Below are positions 41,401 through 54,560 of a DNA stretch of 64,000 nt, one piece after another. The first letter of the stretch is position 1. The number at the start of each line of letters is the position of its first letter. A program made the position numbers and the translations under genes. The notes under the pieces are model-generated. The model was not told the DNA's origin, made no database searches, and saw only the letters and a program-made list of their open reading frames with translations. This DNA is from the human T2T-CHM13v2.0 reference genome, Homo sapiens, in assembly GCA_009914755.4 (NCBI GenBank), contig CP068257.2, positions 12,672,001-12,736,000 of the forward strand. The letters run 5' to 3'.

Positions 41401-44358
41401 ACCTAAAGGCTCATCTTAGATTACATTAATCAAATGAGTTTCTTAAAGAAGCAAAACATAATATATTGTTTTTTTGTCCAAAGACTAATATAAACTTTGT
41501 TAGAGAAATATTTATTAACCATCAACCAAAGGAATCCTGTTATGCAGGATTATTTACTAACTAGCTAGATTAGGTTAGCTTAGTTTCTGGCTCCATCGTG
41601 GTCAGAAGCCATGAATTAGTATTTAGAATTCTGAAGATACTGTTCATATGCTACAAGTTGTCTTTTCTAAATTAGAGAAGCCAGTGGAAAGCATATAAGC
41701 AATAGAAAGGATATAGAGAAATGTACATTTCGGGAACAACTAGGCAACAGCTACTGAGATTGAGTGCCTTGGCATCAAATCAGTTCCATCCTCACTTTCT
41801 TATTTATATGCCTGAAAAGTATACTCCAGACTAGTCCTGAATGAAAAAGTACATAGTTTAAAAAACAAACTGCAAAATGGTATTTATTTACATTAAAACA
41901 TGAATTGCCTGTATACACACAAATATAAGAGGAACAATCTGTTATGCACAATAACTGTAATATTTAGTACATGTTATACACAGCAGTATCTGTTAAGTCA
42001 GTGGTTTGAGTGAAAACACAGTACCAAAACATTCCTGATACAAAATAAGTTACTCATTCACATATTCTAATCATACAAGACACTTAATATTTTAAAAGTT
42101 ACATACTTCAAATAACACTGGCTAAATGTACAACTAAAGTTTATTAATTTTTTTTATGAAAAGACTTCAGATTGTTATTCATAAATGATCCCTTTCAGGA
42201 TGCATTATCTTTTAAATAAATAAACTAAATTGACTTCAAGACTATTTATAAATAGCCCACTAAAATATGATTGAAGACATTCCTTCATTTTATTAAAGGT
42301 GTAGCTATATACTAGAGAATATGCTCAACTACTGCCTCCAAATTCCAACACTGTCATTCTAATTTGCAAATAGGAATTATTTAAATTCCAACTTCAGGAC
42401 ATGAGATGAGCTGCCTGCCCTATTTTGTCAATTGTTTCCAAAAGCATTAACGGATTAAGAGACTGTCTTGAACATCTCAAACATTTGAGAAATTCAAGGT
42501 TTTCTTTATGTTTTAAGCTGATCCTATATATGGAGATTTTGAGATAAATTGGAACACTTTTAGAAGACCTTCACAAAGAATTTTTCAATTCTAAAATCTA
42601 TTACAGATTTATATAAAGTCCAAGAGAACATGTGAAATATTTTCATAATGCAGTGAAGGATTCATCTTTGGCATTTCTCCATTCATTCTAAAATAAGATA
42701 CTTCAACAAACATTTTATACTTTTCTATCTACCTACTATACATATTTTCTATACACAAAAGTATTTGATTGAAATTTGTGTTTTAACAGCAATTTCATTG
42801 CTAAGAATTTTTTTTTAGATATGAAAAATATTAGTAACATTCAGCTTTTTACTATGAGAAGCTGAAGTTTTGATGTTGTTGAAATGAATTTGCTCAGTTT
42901 CCTTTTTTGGTGACCAGCATTTCAACATCCTATCGAATTCAGCAATGGATAAAGCAGAGATACTTTACAATAAAAAACAAAAAAAGGTGATCAGGATATA
43001 ATTTTTGAATAATATGAAGCATTCCTCTATTAAGGAAAATATGTATATATATATATAATCTGTATCCATATATCTTCAAATACAATGGGTATGACAGAAA
43101 TCAAACTGTTATATTTTCTTTCTTGGTCCCTGTGGTTTTTCTTAAAGGAAACAAACAACAAAAACAAACAACTCTGCTCCAAATGCCGATTTGTAGAAAC
43201 CTTGCCACAATGGCTTCCACATTAGATTTCCACGTTACTTCCAGTATTCACAAATTTTTTGCTTTCATTACAAACTAACCTAATGTTTGAAAAGAGTCCA
43301 AGTGTGATTATTTAAAAATAATAATAGAAAACAATAACACAGCTTTTATAATTGAGCACATTTTCCTCATTCAAAACTAAATATGAGGAAAAATCTCCGT
43401 AAAACGGAACCAAAACCATTTAGTAGCTCAATTCCATGCTATATTCCCCAGGGCTTACTGAAAATATAAACAAAGAAACAAATACAGTAGGTAATTGATG
43501 CTATTTGCCAATGTTTGCAAAGGTCTCGGATAACAAAAATAAGATAGCAATCATGGCTTTATTATGACATTAACACATTCTTCAAATGCAATTACCAATT
43601 TTATTCTCTAACCAAACAGAATAATGGAAATCCAAGCAGAGAATGATGTACAGGACATAAAGGAACTAGAATATAATTGGGTATTTCTATTATATGGTGC
43701 TGAAACATTTGAATACCTTTAGAAATAAAATAAATTCATCTATTAAACACATAAAACTCCTGGAGAATGCAGATTACAAGAATATGACACTTAACAGGAT
43801 ACTGAATTTGTGAATGTAAATTTGTTATATAATATGGCAGTTACTGAATATTACGTATGCAGCTTATGCTAATAATACTGCTATCTTCCAACCACTGTAA
43901 ATACCTGACATCAACACGGTCCTTCAAGTATAGTTCAAATTATTAGTTACATGTGATAATACAAGTAATTACCAGCTCCTGCTAATACAATTTAGTAAGA
44001 ACTGGGAATCTCATAACTGGCACTACTTAATGTTTATAGAATATAATGTTAAGTGCATATGGTTATCAACCTCCAGAATCCAGAAAATATAGTTATCCAT
44101 ACTCTTTTAAGAGAGTTGTACCTCAATTTTATCATTTTAGAGTATTTGTTAGAATAGGATCTCTCCAAAATCAAACAGGATCAATCTGGTCACGTCTAAT
44201 CCTAAGACAAAACACTATGTAAAATTTTCCTGTATCTAAATGTTGCCCTCTAGGTAAATCTGTGATATTTTAGAGACTTTCTTTTGTGGAAAAGGTAATC
44301 TGATAAATGGGAAGAGATCATCAGACAAGTTCACAAATAACCATTATTTCTGCAGAAT

Positions 44359-45026
44359 TCAGTTGAAGTTGGTTTTTTGTAAATGCTTATTGGGAATTTC
44401 TAAAGCACTGACTTGGAGAGGCCAAGAGCCTCCATCAATCCCTGCTTGGATAGCCACTCCCGTTACTACTGCTAGGTCAGGGTCTACAGATGTGTTGGGA
44501 TCTTTTCCAAAGAACTCTTGAATGACTTGACGGATCCGAGGAATACGAGTGGAGCCCCCAACTAAAACCACCTCATCAATCTCAGTCTTTTCCAGGTGGC
44601 CTTCTTTCAATACTTGCTGAATGGGTACCAGTATTTTCTGAAAGAGGTCTTCATTAAGGGTATCAAAGAGTTTCCGTGATATTTCTGTTTCAAATAAAAC
44701 CTGACTTTCTCCACTTTTCTTATCAGAAAGGCCACGTCCAAACCCACTGTTCACGCGATGGTCATCTGCTGAGGAAAGTTTGTCTTTTGGCAGTTCAGTG
44801 TCACTACTGTGAGGTTCCTTCCTGTCCTGCTCCTCCACCGTTAGTAATACTGACAACTGAGCAGATTGATGAAGAGTCAGATTTAATTTGACCATTTCCA
44901 CAGCTTGTCTCAATCTGTGGATTTCCTCTTTCCTAGAGGGCACGAAGCCATATGTTTGATAGATCTGTTTATATAAGTACTGAAGCAATCTCTGATTGAA
45001 GTCCTGTCCTCCAAGTTTATTGTTTC
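44359..45026 (-). CDS. HSPA13: HSPA13 (STCH) exon 5, the last coding exon: (G)NNKLGGQDFNQRLLQYLYKQIYQTYGFVPSRKEEIHRLRQ…GVAIQAGIDGGSWPLQVSALEIPNKHLQKTNFN*
   Basis: Minus-strand acceptor tttttcactcag|GAAAC at 45027-45029. ORF 44359-44988 matches the HSPA13 C-terminus exactly as I remember it. The stop codon is 44359-44361. The 3'UTR continues toward lower coordinates and its end is not determined. Confidence 0.95.
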
Positions 45027-45189
45027 CTGAGTGAAAAATAAAAGTTTAATATAGTTATGCATATATGTGTGTATGTATACACGTATGTTATTATGTATAC
45101 GTAAAAATTATATTCTGGGAATAACAAATCCCTGTTTCATGTATCATTACAATTTTATTCATACAGAGACTGGTTAAAAATAACTGTGT

Positions 45190-45345
45190 TGCTGGGCATG
45201 GTGTCTCACACCTGTAATCCTAGAACTTTGGAAGGCTGAGGTGGGAGGGTTGCTTGAGGCCAGGAGTTGGAGACCAGACTGGGTAACATAGCAAGACCCT
45301 GCCTCTATAAAATAAATCAATAAATAAAAATTTAAAAAATAATGA
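45190..45345 (+). mobile_element. Alu monomer-like element (FLAM/FRAM-type) in HSPA13 intron 4
   Basis: gctgggcatggtgtctcacacctgtaatcctagaactttggaaggctgaggtgggagggttgcttgaggccaggagttggagaccagactgggtaacatagcaagaccctgcctctataaaataaatcaataaataaaaa. Confidence 0.75.
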
Positions 45346-46235
45346 CTGGGTTAAAGCTATCTTAACCCAAATAAGTACTATTTAAAAACTAGTGCACATC
45401 AGGGTCAAAATTTTAAATTATATAAAAGGAAGTATCTCTTCACAATATCAAATAATTTTTCAGTAAATAGAGATTAAGAATACAGATTGGCTTATAAGTA
45501 GCTATTTAAAAACACTGAATGTCATTCTCAACAGAAGAAAGTGCTTCTTATAATGAAAAAGTAGGTATTTAATCTCTTTTTTTCCTTTCATTTTTTCTTG
45601 CCTGATTAGGACCTGAAAAGGTCTTTCTACTTTTCTACCTGAAAACTAGATAAATAATTTCAAAGGAAAAGAGTAGTGTAATATAATTTCCTGGTATTTA
45701 ACTTGATTAGAAAAAGAGAAAAAAAAATGCAGAGGTTAGAATACCTGTAACTTACAACTCAACGTGTCAAACAGGTTGAATCCCTTAAGCTAAATTCGAC
45801 AAAATAAAAACGTTTAAAAAAGGGTTTAGAATGCATAATCCTATCATTTCCTAGGGAAAAATACAATTAGACTTTCTAAAGACATCTACTTTATAAAACA
45901 TATTAAATGAAATATACTGATCACCCTTCATTTTAAAGAAATTTTTCTTCCCTCTGTTCCCTTTCTTCACCATCACCATGAAAAGTCCTACTGGCTATGT
46001 GAGCCGTAATTGGGTAACTGGCAATGTATTTATGCGACTTATAGGATGCCCAGCATTTTTTGAGATTTAACTTTTTGCTGTAAATATATACAAATGGTAT
46101 AAAATTACATATACAGAAAACTATCAAAATGAAGTCAAAGAATTCTGGGGGAAAAAAAGGATGCATTACACATTGGATATGTTAAAGAAAGCACTGCCCA
46201 AACCTCTTCAACTCTCCCTGCATTTTTCTGTAATT

Positions 46236-46372
46236 TTTTTTTTTTTTTTTTTTTTAGTAGAGACAGGGTTTCACCGTGTTAGCCAGGATGGTCTCGATCT
46301 CCCCATCTCGTGATCCACCCGCCTCGGCCTCCCAAAGTGCTGGGATTACAGGCGTGAGCCACTGCGCCCAGC
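46236..46372 (-). mobile_element. AluY-derived half element (left monomer plus poly-A, - orientation) inserted 3 nt into HSPA13 intron 4, flanked by a perfect 18-bp TSD
   Basis: Minus-strand reading: GGCTGGGCGCAGTGGCTCACGCCTGTAATCCCAGCACTTTGGGAGGCCGAGGCGGGTGGATCACGAG…ATCGAGACCATCCTGGCTAACACGGTGAAACCCTGTCTCTACTAAAAAAAA…. The TSD ctctccctgcatttttct lies at 46212-46229 and 46373-46390. Confidence 0.85.
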
Positions 46373-46393
46373 CTCTCCCTGCATTTTTCTTAC

Positions 46394-46561
46394 CAGACAT
46401 TGCTCGGGTTAGAAACATCCCTCCTTGTTTATTCAGTAAAGACACATCTAGAGTTCCTCCGCCCAAGTCTATCACCAAGACGTGGAAGACGTCAGCCTTG
46501 TGGAGACCATAGGCCATAGCTGCTGCTGTGGGTTCATTTATTACCCTCAAAATCTTCAGTC
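46394..46561 (-). CDS. HSPA13: HSPA13 exon 4: (G)[55 protein letters not shown](G)
   Basis: Minus-strand acceptor ccaatcttacag|GACTG, donor AGTG|gtaaga. ORF 46254-46550 matches HSPA13. Confidence 0.95.
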
Positions 46562-46916
46562 CTGTAAGATTGGTTAAGGGAAGAAAAATTCATGAGAGGA
46601 TGCGATCAAGTAATCTCTTCCCACTTACAGCATGTTTGTGTCTTCTGTGACATGAACTCCACCACTGAGTAATAATGAGAGCAGTCACAAACCGAACAGA
46701 AGCATGAAATGGGAACAGTAAACATAGGCTCTTCTAAATGCTATCTTTAAAATTATTCTGAAAGATTACAATATAAAGAAATAAAATCCAAGGTTCAGTG
46801 CAATAAGTCATTCTACTCTTTATTAATTAACACTTAATTTTCAAAAAGTCTCCCAGCCTTTTCTAACATTCATATTCTACTTTGGAATATATGAGCGATA
46901 AAAATTTAATCATTAT

Positions 46917-47192
<276 letters not shown>

Positions 47193-47704
47193 CTATCACT
47201 AAGTGCTATGGAAATTAAAGAGGCTTATGTTGAGCAGGTAAAAGATCAGGTTTCTTTGAATGAAATTCCTGCTTTAAACTAAATGCCATACTTATGAGCG
47301 GTATGCAAAGTAGTATGGCATTATGTATCAGGAGCTATGACAACATTCAAACTCTAAAGAATTATTCCAGAGATCATAACACCCTTCACTTCAGCTCTCT
47401 GATTTTACCACTTATTCTACTCTGGCCACACTGACCAACTTCCTATCCTCTATGTACCAGCAAATTCCCAGCTTATGGCTGTTGCAGTGGCCATCTCTTC
47501 TTCCTACAACACACTTTCTCCATGCGTCTGCATGGTTAAGTATTTTGCTTTCTTCAAATGTGCTTAAATGTTACTTTCTCAATGAGGTTTGCCTGATCAC
47601 CCTATTTAAATTCTACAAGTCATCCATCCCCTGACCACCAAAAGCAACCTTGACCCATTAGCCTGCTCTTTTCTTCATAGTGGTTACTTTCTGATATACA
47701 TTGT

Positions 47705-47925
47705 ATCAGTGGCTCTCAACAAGACAGGATTTTACCTCCAGAAGAAATCTGGCAACATATGGAGACATTTTTCATTGTCACCACTTGGTGGAGGAGGGCG
47801 CTGCTAGCATCTGGTGAATAGAGGCTAGGGACGCTGTTAAATATTTTGTAGTTTACAGGACAGTCCTCCACAATAAAGAATTATCTGGCCCAAAATATCA
47901 GTAATGTAGAGGCTGAAAACATTAT
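47705..47925 (+). mobile_element. MER5-like hAT-Charlie non-autonomous DNA transposon
   Basis: ggctctcaacaagacaggattttacctccagaagaaatctggcaacatatggagacatttttcattgtcaccacttggtggaggagggcgctgctagcatctggtg…ggacagtcctccacaataaagaattatctggcccaaaatatcagtaatg matches my memory of the MER5A/B consensus. Confidence 0.7.
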
Positions 47926-48940
47926 TAAATTTACCTTTTATGCTCATTCTGTGTTTCCCTCTGGTAGAACATAAGTTCCATGAGAACAAAGATTTCTTTC
48001 TTTTTTTAGTAAGGCCCTCAATATTGGTTCAATGGCATTAAATGTTAAATCATTAAATGATCTATCTCAGATTTTACTTAAAAAATTATATTCACCTTAA
48101 CATTAACGGAATTTAGAAGAAAGAATTCCTCACTGCTAACATGTGTCCATTTTCTCTTTGAGCCTTTGTCCTGTAGCATCTGATTGGTTCTTGTTAAATA
48201 CATATTTTATATTGTGCTATAGAGCTTTCAAAATTATAAACCTGTATAAAAATCTATCTACTTTACCTACATTGATGGTTAATATTATCATCTTGATTGG
48301 ATTGATGGATGCAAAGTATTGTTCCTGGGTGTGTCTGTGAGGGTATTGCCAAAGGAGAGTAACATTTGAGTCAGTGGACTGGCAGAGGCAGATCCACCCT
48401 CAATCTGGGTGGGCACCATCTAATCAGCTGCCAGAGTGTGCCTGGAATAAAAGCAGGCAGAAGAATGTCGGAGGATTAGACTGCCTGAGTCTTCTGGCCT
48501 CCATCTTTCTCCCGTGCTGGACGCTTCCTGCCCTTGAACATCGGACTCTAAGTTCTTTAGCTTTTGGACTCTTGTACCTACACCAGTGGTTTGCCAAGGG
48601 CTCTCGGGCCTTCGGCCATAGACTAAAAGCTGCACAGTTGGCTTCCCTACTTTTGAGGTTTTGGGACTCAGACTGGCTTCCTTGCTCCTCAGCTTGCAGC
48701 CAGCCTACTGTGGGACTTCACCCTGTGATAGTGTGAGTCAATACACCTTAATAAAATCCCTTTCATATACACATATATACTATCAGTCCTGTCCCTCTAG
48801 AGAACCCTAATACACCTACCATATAGTTTGTTTATTTTGACTATGGTTGTGTGGTTTGGGAAGTGGTAAACCTTACTACAGAAGGTTTTCAACCCAACAC
48901 AATTTTGAGAAAAATGCATCTCAGTCAAGGGTACTGTTAC

Positions 48941-49154
48941 CTGCAAGGTTAGCAGCTTCAATTGTTGAATTTCTCTGTTTTAGATCAAATTCTGCTGGTA
49001 CAGAAATGACAGCATTGGCAACTGGCATTCCAAGATATGCCTCTGCCATTTCCTTTAACTTCAACAATAGTCGAGAGCCAACATATTCTGGGGACACTGT
49101 GATGGTCTCATTACTTGTCACAGAAAACTCAACCATTCCATTTTTGTTTAAAAC
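48941..49154 (-). CDS. HSPA13: HSPA13 exon 3: VLNKNGMVEFSVTSNETITVSPEYVGSRLLLKLKEMAEAYLGMPVANAVISVPAEFDLKQRNSTIEAANLA(G)
   Basis: Minus-strand acceptor tcctattcacag|GTTTTA, donor GCAG|gtaaca. ORF 48921-49223 matches HSPA13. Confidence 0.95.
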
Positions 49155-49335
49155 CTGTGAATAGGATTTGCAAATAAGTAAATAAATAAAAGAGTAAAAG
49201 CATACAGACATACATATATACATAAATACTAGATTTCATGAGAACTTACCCTTATCTTTACAAAATCAAAAAATGCATTTGAAATCTATCTAGTACATTT
49301 ACCAAGATTAGAACTTGTTAAATGTTATACATTAA

Positions 49336-49659
<324 letters not shown>

Positions 49660-50549
49660 CACACTAGTTTTTAATAACAGCAGAATAAAATTCATCACCA
49701 CGCACATGACTAGAACACAAAAGATTCTCAATATATTTTTGCTGAATAAAGAAAGAATAAATGATGAAATGTAAGAAATAAAAGTTGCTCATTCAAGTAT
49801 GTAACTCAGAATCTTTTCCCTTTTTTTCCCAAATTTCTTGTTTCTAAGAGTAATGGATAGCTGAAAGAATTTTCTAGTACATATTAACAAGAATAATTTT
49901 AGTACATCATTATGTACTTATCCAAGAATCAAATCTCATTTACATTCTTGTTTCCCATGAAAACATGTATTGTGCATTAGCTCATTGTCCCCGATAATGT
50001 GGGTGTACATTTAAAAAACTATTTTAACTCTAAAAAATACTATCCTAGTTTTACCAAGATTCTATTAATATAAATAAAAAAGAGAATTAATCTAAGAAAT
50101 TATAAGAATGTTTTCTCACTTCAGGCCTCATAGTTAGGTTTCCATCATGAAAAACTGACCTTCCAAAAAGTACTTCACTAGTCTGGGGAAAACATAAAGA
50201 AGCTACATGGACAATATTAAACTAAGATACAAATATACCAGAACCATCAGTGCCCACATGAAACAAAAACAACAACAAAAAAATCAGATCACTTAGAAAC
50301 ATTAAGTAGTTTTTGGGTCAATAAGTAACGTACCCAAAGCTGTAATTCAGAGGGCATATATAGCTTTAGATGATTTTTTCATTAAAGATTGTAAGTCAGT
50401 AAAGAATCCCAAAAAAGAAGTCAAAAAACAACAAAGTAATAAACCTAAGAAATGCAGGGAGCAATTTTTTTTTCTTTGAAAACGGATGAAAAATTTGAAC
50501 ATTTTTATGGCTAGGTTTATTCAATAAGCAGCACTGATACAACTGTCTA

Positions 50550-50770
<221 letters not shown>

Positions 50771-51944
50771 TAATTCATTTAGAATTTCACTTCATTTAGA
50801 ATTTCACTTCATAACTTCCAAGAAAAACTCCACATGGAAAAAAGCTTTAAATGTTTAAAAGAAAAAAAAAGCAGCGAAATCCAAACCAACAAATACATAA
50901 ACGTATTAAGAGGGAAAAAAAAGTAGCAGTGGATAGGATGGGATAGGCTACAGTAAACATGATAAGAGTCTAAAATCAAAAATTTAAAACTTTGACATCC
51001 AGCTCAAAAACATCAGTGAAAAAAAAAAGGTAAGGAAAAGATAACAAAAACATATAATGAAGGTCTTTTATAGCTCACTAAGGAAAAGAAAAACACACCA
51101 AAACAAAAAAGGACAAAGAAAAATGGACCATAAAAGAAAATTAAAATATCAATAAAATTCTAAAAATTCTGATCTCACTAAAAAAAATCAAAATAAATAA
51201 AAATTAATACAGGATACTATTTTTCACTTATCTGACTGTTAAAGATTAAAAAAAATAACTAGCGAAGATACAGCCACTCTAAAAAATTATGGTTAAGAGC
51301 ATATAACCTTTCTGGTGAGCAAACCAGAAAAATAAATCAAAAGCCTTAAAAACGTACACATTTGACCTATCAATTAGACTTCTAGCATTCAAGTTAGGAA
51401 ACTTTCAGAGAAGTGTACAAAGATAAGTAAGGATATTACCGGAATCTCCAACATTAGTGAAAAACCACAAAAAAGTACACTGATAGAGACTAGTCTAATT
51501 AATAATGGAATAGTCATTCCACAAAATCATTAAAGATAATGACATGATCCTATTAATTATCCATGACATATTAAATAGCAAAAAATAGCACACCTGGTAT
51601 GTTCTCTTTATATGTATATAAATATGTACACATACACACACAGAATATCTATCTATGGTACACAGGGCTTCATCAACCTTCCTGCTACCTTGAAAGAGCT
51701 AAGCAAGACATGCTGAGGATGGGACAGCAAGAAAATGGCAAGGCCTTAAGTACCTGTTAGCATTATGGAGTCAGTGATTAACTGATCCTATAGCTGCTGT
51801 GGAATTTCTGGTTATGTGAGATAACAGAACTTTCATGTATTAATAGATAAAACTAGACGAGATAGAATGTTTTGTGACATGAAGCCAAAGCATTAACTAA
51901 AAGAGTACACTAAAATTAATATAGATTTTAGATTAATCACTTAC

Positions 51945-52285
51945 CTTAAATGGGTATCTGCCAATTTCAGCCTCCAACTCTTCTGCGGTAAAAATCTTGC
52001 CTATGAATCTTTTGGCATCATATATTGTGTTTTGAGGATTTGAATCTGCCAGCTCTACGCTTTCATATCCCACATATACATCATTGTCAGTAAAAGACAC
52101 CATGCTGGGTATGCTGATATGCCCATTTTCATCTGGAATCACCTTTACTTTTCCTGTGCCAGGAAAAAACACCCCAACAGAACAATAGGTGGTGCCAAGA
52201 TCAATACCAATCACTTTAGGAGTAGGCAATGGTAAATACTGTTGTGCCAAATAGCCGGCCAACAGGAGAGTCAAAACAGCCGATC
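51945..52285 (-). CDS. HSPA13: HSPA13 exon 2: (G)SAVLTLLLAGYLAQQYLPLPTPKVIGIDLGTTYCSVGVFFPGTGKVKVIPDENGHISIPSMVSFTDNDVYVGYESVELADSNPQNTIYDAKRFIGKIFTAEELEAEIGRYPFK
   Basis: Minus-strand acceptor tttcctttatttcag|GATCG, donor TTTAAG|gtaagtg. ORF 51933-52274 gives the exact HSPA13 N-terminal domain (signal peptide plus IDLGTTYS-type phosphate-1 motif). Confidence 0.95.
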
Positions 52286-53836
52286 CTGAAATAAAGGAAA
52301 ATTAAAAGATGTATTTTATCAAACTAGTACAATGTACTAAATTACTGTAGCAAAGTCCCTTTAATATCACTCGTTGAAACAAGGCTAAAAAAGACAAATT
52401 TCAAAATTTTTTATAGGACTGCTGATAGCACTCCTCTCAGACAGCAAGTTTTTCAAAATGTAAACTGGTTATAATAAAATTTAAAATGAAGTAAACACAA
52501 ACAACAAAAAACCCTATAACTGTATGTTTGTGTCATTCTCTAATAAATGTAATAAAATGTAAAAATATTTCAATAATATTTGTGCAGATGCTGACAAGAA
52601 ACAACATTTATCTGGAGCAAAAGCCAGATATAATCTAATATTCTTGATCAATTGATATTTAGATTTTACAGCTTTATAAAAAGCTTCGATTATCTTTTTT
52701 TAAAAGCTCCATTATTAAAATTCTCACAAGAAAAACTTTATTATTTTATAAGTCTAAAATTCTCTCCTCGTATCTCACCTCCTTTTCCCTTTCAAAAGGA
52801 TGAAATGAATAAATGGGATAAAATGATTTTGAAAGTTCCTTAGATATGAAACTGTCACTTCAAAACAGAACACAGTTAACTTTTTATGTATTTAAGTATG
52901 AACTAGGGACTTCCTTCTTGCAGTGGTAATATTTAGGGGAGAAGAAGCATAAAGGTGGGCAACCCTGACGGCAACATCTATGAAAGCTTCTTGAAGACAA
53001 GTTTCGTTCACTGTTGTATCCCCCAGACCAGGAATAGCAGATGCCCAACAAATACTAATTTAAAAAAAAAAGAAAAAAGAGTAGGAACAAATGCCACGCA
53101 GATTGTAAACATAAGCGAAGAAAGATGCCCCTTTAGTTTTTAATGAATCTCGTATTTGGTATCAGGAGGCTGTGTTATACACCTGTGTCCGCTCATATTA
53201 CATATGACCCAAAACATGAATTTTCAGGGCTCTGTGTTACTAATTGTTAGCTCATCCTCATCAACACATAACTCAAAGAAATAAAACCAAGTGCGAATCC
53301 CACTTTCCACTTCCAGCTACAGGCAACATTTCAGAAGCATTTCATCACCTTGGAGACGCGGGGTGGGTGTGTGTGTGGGTGGGGGATAGGTAATTCCAAA
53401 CCCGATGTGATGGAAAAAGCCTCCAAATTCAGCATCCCTGAGCCGACAGATCCGGATGTAGCTCCTCCCCCTTCCTCCACAAAGGGGTCCTGGAGGTGCA
53501 CGTTCTCGCAGCCTTCCATAGCTTGCCCCAATTCAACAGGCAATTCAAAAACCTAGGTGCTGTTGAAAGGAACGCCTCCCTAAGCCTGATGTCCCTGGGA
53601 TGGACACAGCTGGTCGCCGTCTATCCTACCTTGGCCTGCAGGGGCCGGGGCCCTCCTAGAGGCGTCCCCGCCCCCATCCACTCCGAACAGCCGAAAACCG
53701 TCTCTAAGTCACCTTTCTGACTCCCCTTCCGCTGCTCCAGCTAGATCCAGGAGGTGAGTCAACCACCCCTGCCCACTCTGGCATCCTCAGATCGCCTCTA
53801 CGCCCGCAAGAGCAACAAGGACCCCCGGGAACCCAC

Positions 53837-53861
53837 CTAAGATCGTCATCTCTCTGGCCAT
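53837..53861 (-). CDS. HSPA13: HSPA13 exon 1, coding part: MAREMTIL(G). The ATG is at 53861-53859. The 5'UTR extends upstream to an undetermined transcription start site (TSS)
   Basis: Minus strand reads ATGGCCAGAGAGATGACGATCTTAG|gtgggt. The 1 nt carried over plus GA of exon 2 makes Gly9. This matches the annotated HSPA13 start MAREMTILG. Confidence 0.9.
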
Positions 53862-54560
53862 CACAGTCCCGCCGAACAGGCTTGTGATGACTGTACCAGA
53901 CGTGAGGCACCGCCCCCACTCCTCCCGGCAGTCCCGCAGCCCCCTGGGAAATGTAGTCCGCTTGCTCTGAGGCAATCGGAGAAGCTATCGCTCTGACCAA
54001 AGCAAGGACTTCATCTACCGTGAGGGCGCGGGGCAAAGAGCCTCCATTCAACCGCTGCCAGTGACGACTGAGTCCCCCTTCCACGCAACGGCCGGCAGGA
54101 CCAGTGAGACTGAGGGGGAGGAGCGCCGTGGCGAGAGACTGGCGTTTATAATCAAACCTGTGGTCCCGCGATCCTACTTGAGGGAAAACAGGCTATCTCT
54201 TTAGCCCCGCCCCGCGCTTTGCATTCTGGGAAGCGGAGTTCCAGCCTTTCTCTTTCCGCGGGAGGGAATGAAAGGGAGGGTGAGAACCGTTAGTTATTTC
54301 TTTCTTTGGTCGTGCCCCTAATCAGGTCCAGGATTCGAGTTTGTGTTCTTTCGTTTTAATTCCTTTTAAAGCGCGTTCGTTTGCCTGAGATCTAGCTTCT
54401 AGATGGCGTTCCTATAGCCTCCCGGAGCCCCAGCCATCCTCCGTAGAAGGGTCCCTGCCGCAGTGCGGGGCCTGAGGGAAGTCGGCTCTGGCGTCCGTGC
54501 TCCAACGCTGGGAGCAGCCCTGAAACTCCAGTGACCCTCAGCCGTCTGCCTTTGTTTTGG
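53862..54560 (-). promoter_or_regulatory. HSPA13: HSPA13 CpG-island promoter and 5'UTR region. It holds a TATA-like element, a GC box and a ZNF143/SBS-like motif
   Basis: CpG density is very high from about 53,400 to 54,560. On the minus strand, TATAAA sits at 54150-54145, GGGGCGGGGC at 54214-54205 and ACTACATTTCCCAGG at 53957-53943, all upstream of the ATG at 53861. Confidence 0.6.

Noticed and set aside
48374-48736. 120-aa ORF (+) inside HSPA13 intron 3
   Set aside because: It has no similarity to anything I recognise, no splice context and sits on the antisense strand of an intron. It is most likely chance, and a 120-aa open frame is not rare in 64 kb of 40%-GC sequence
53704-54084. 126-aa ORF on the - strand overlapping HSPA13 exon 1 and 5'UTR in another frame
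   Set aside because: It is a GC-rich CpG-island artefact (Arg/Gly/Pro/Ala-rich). The genuine frame is the one continuing MAREMTILG into exon 2
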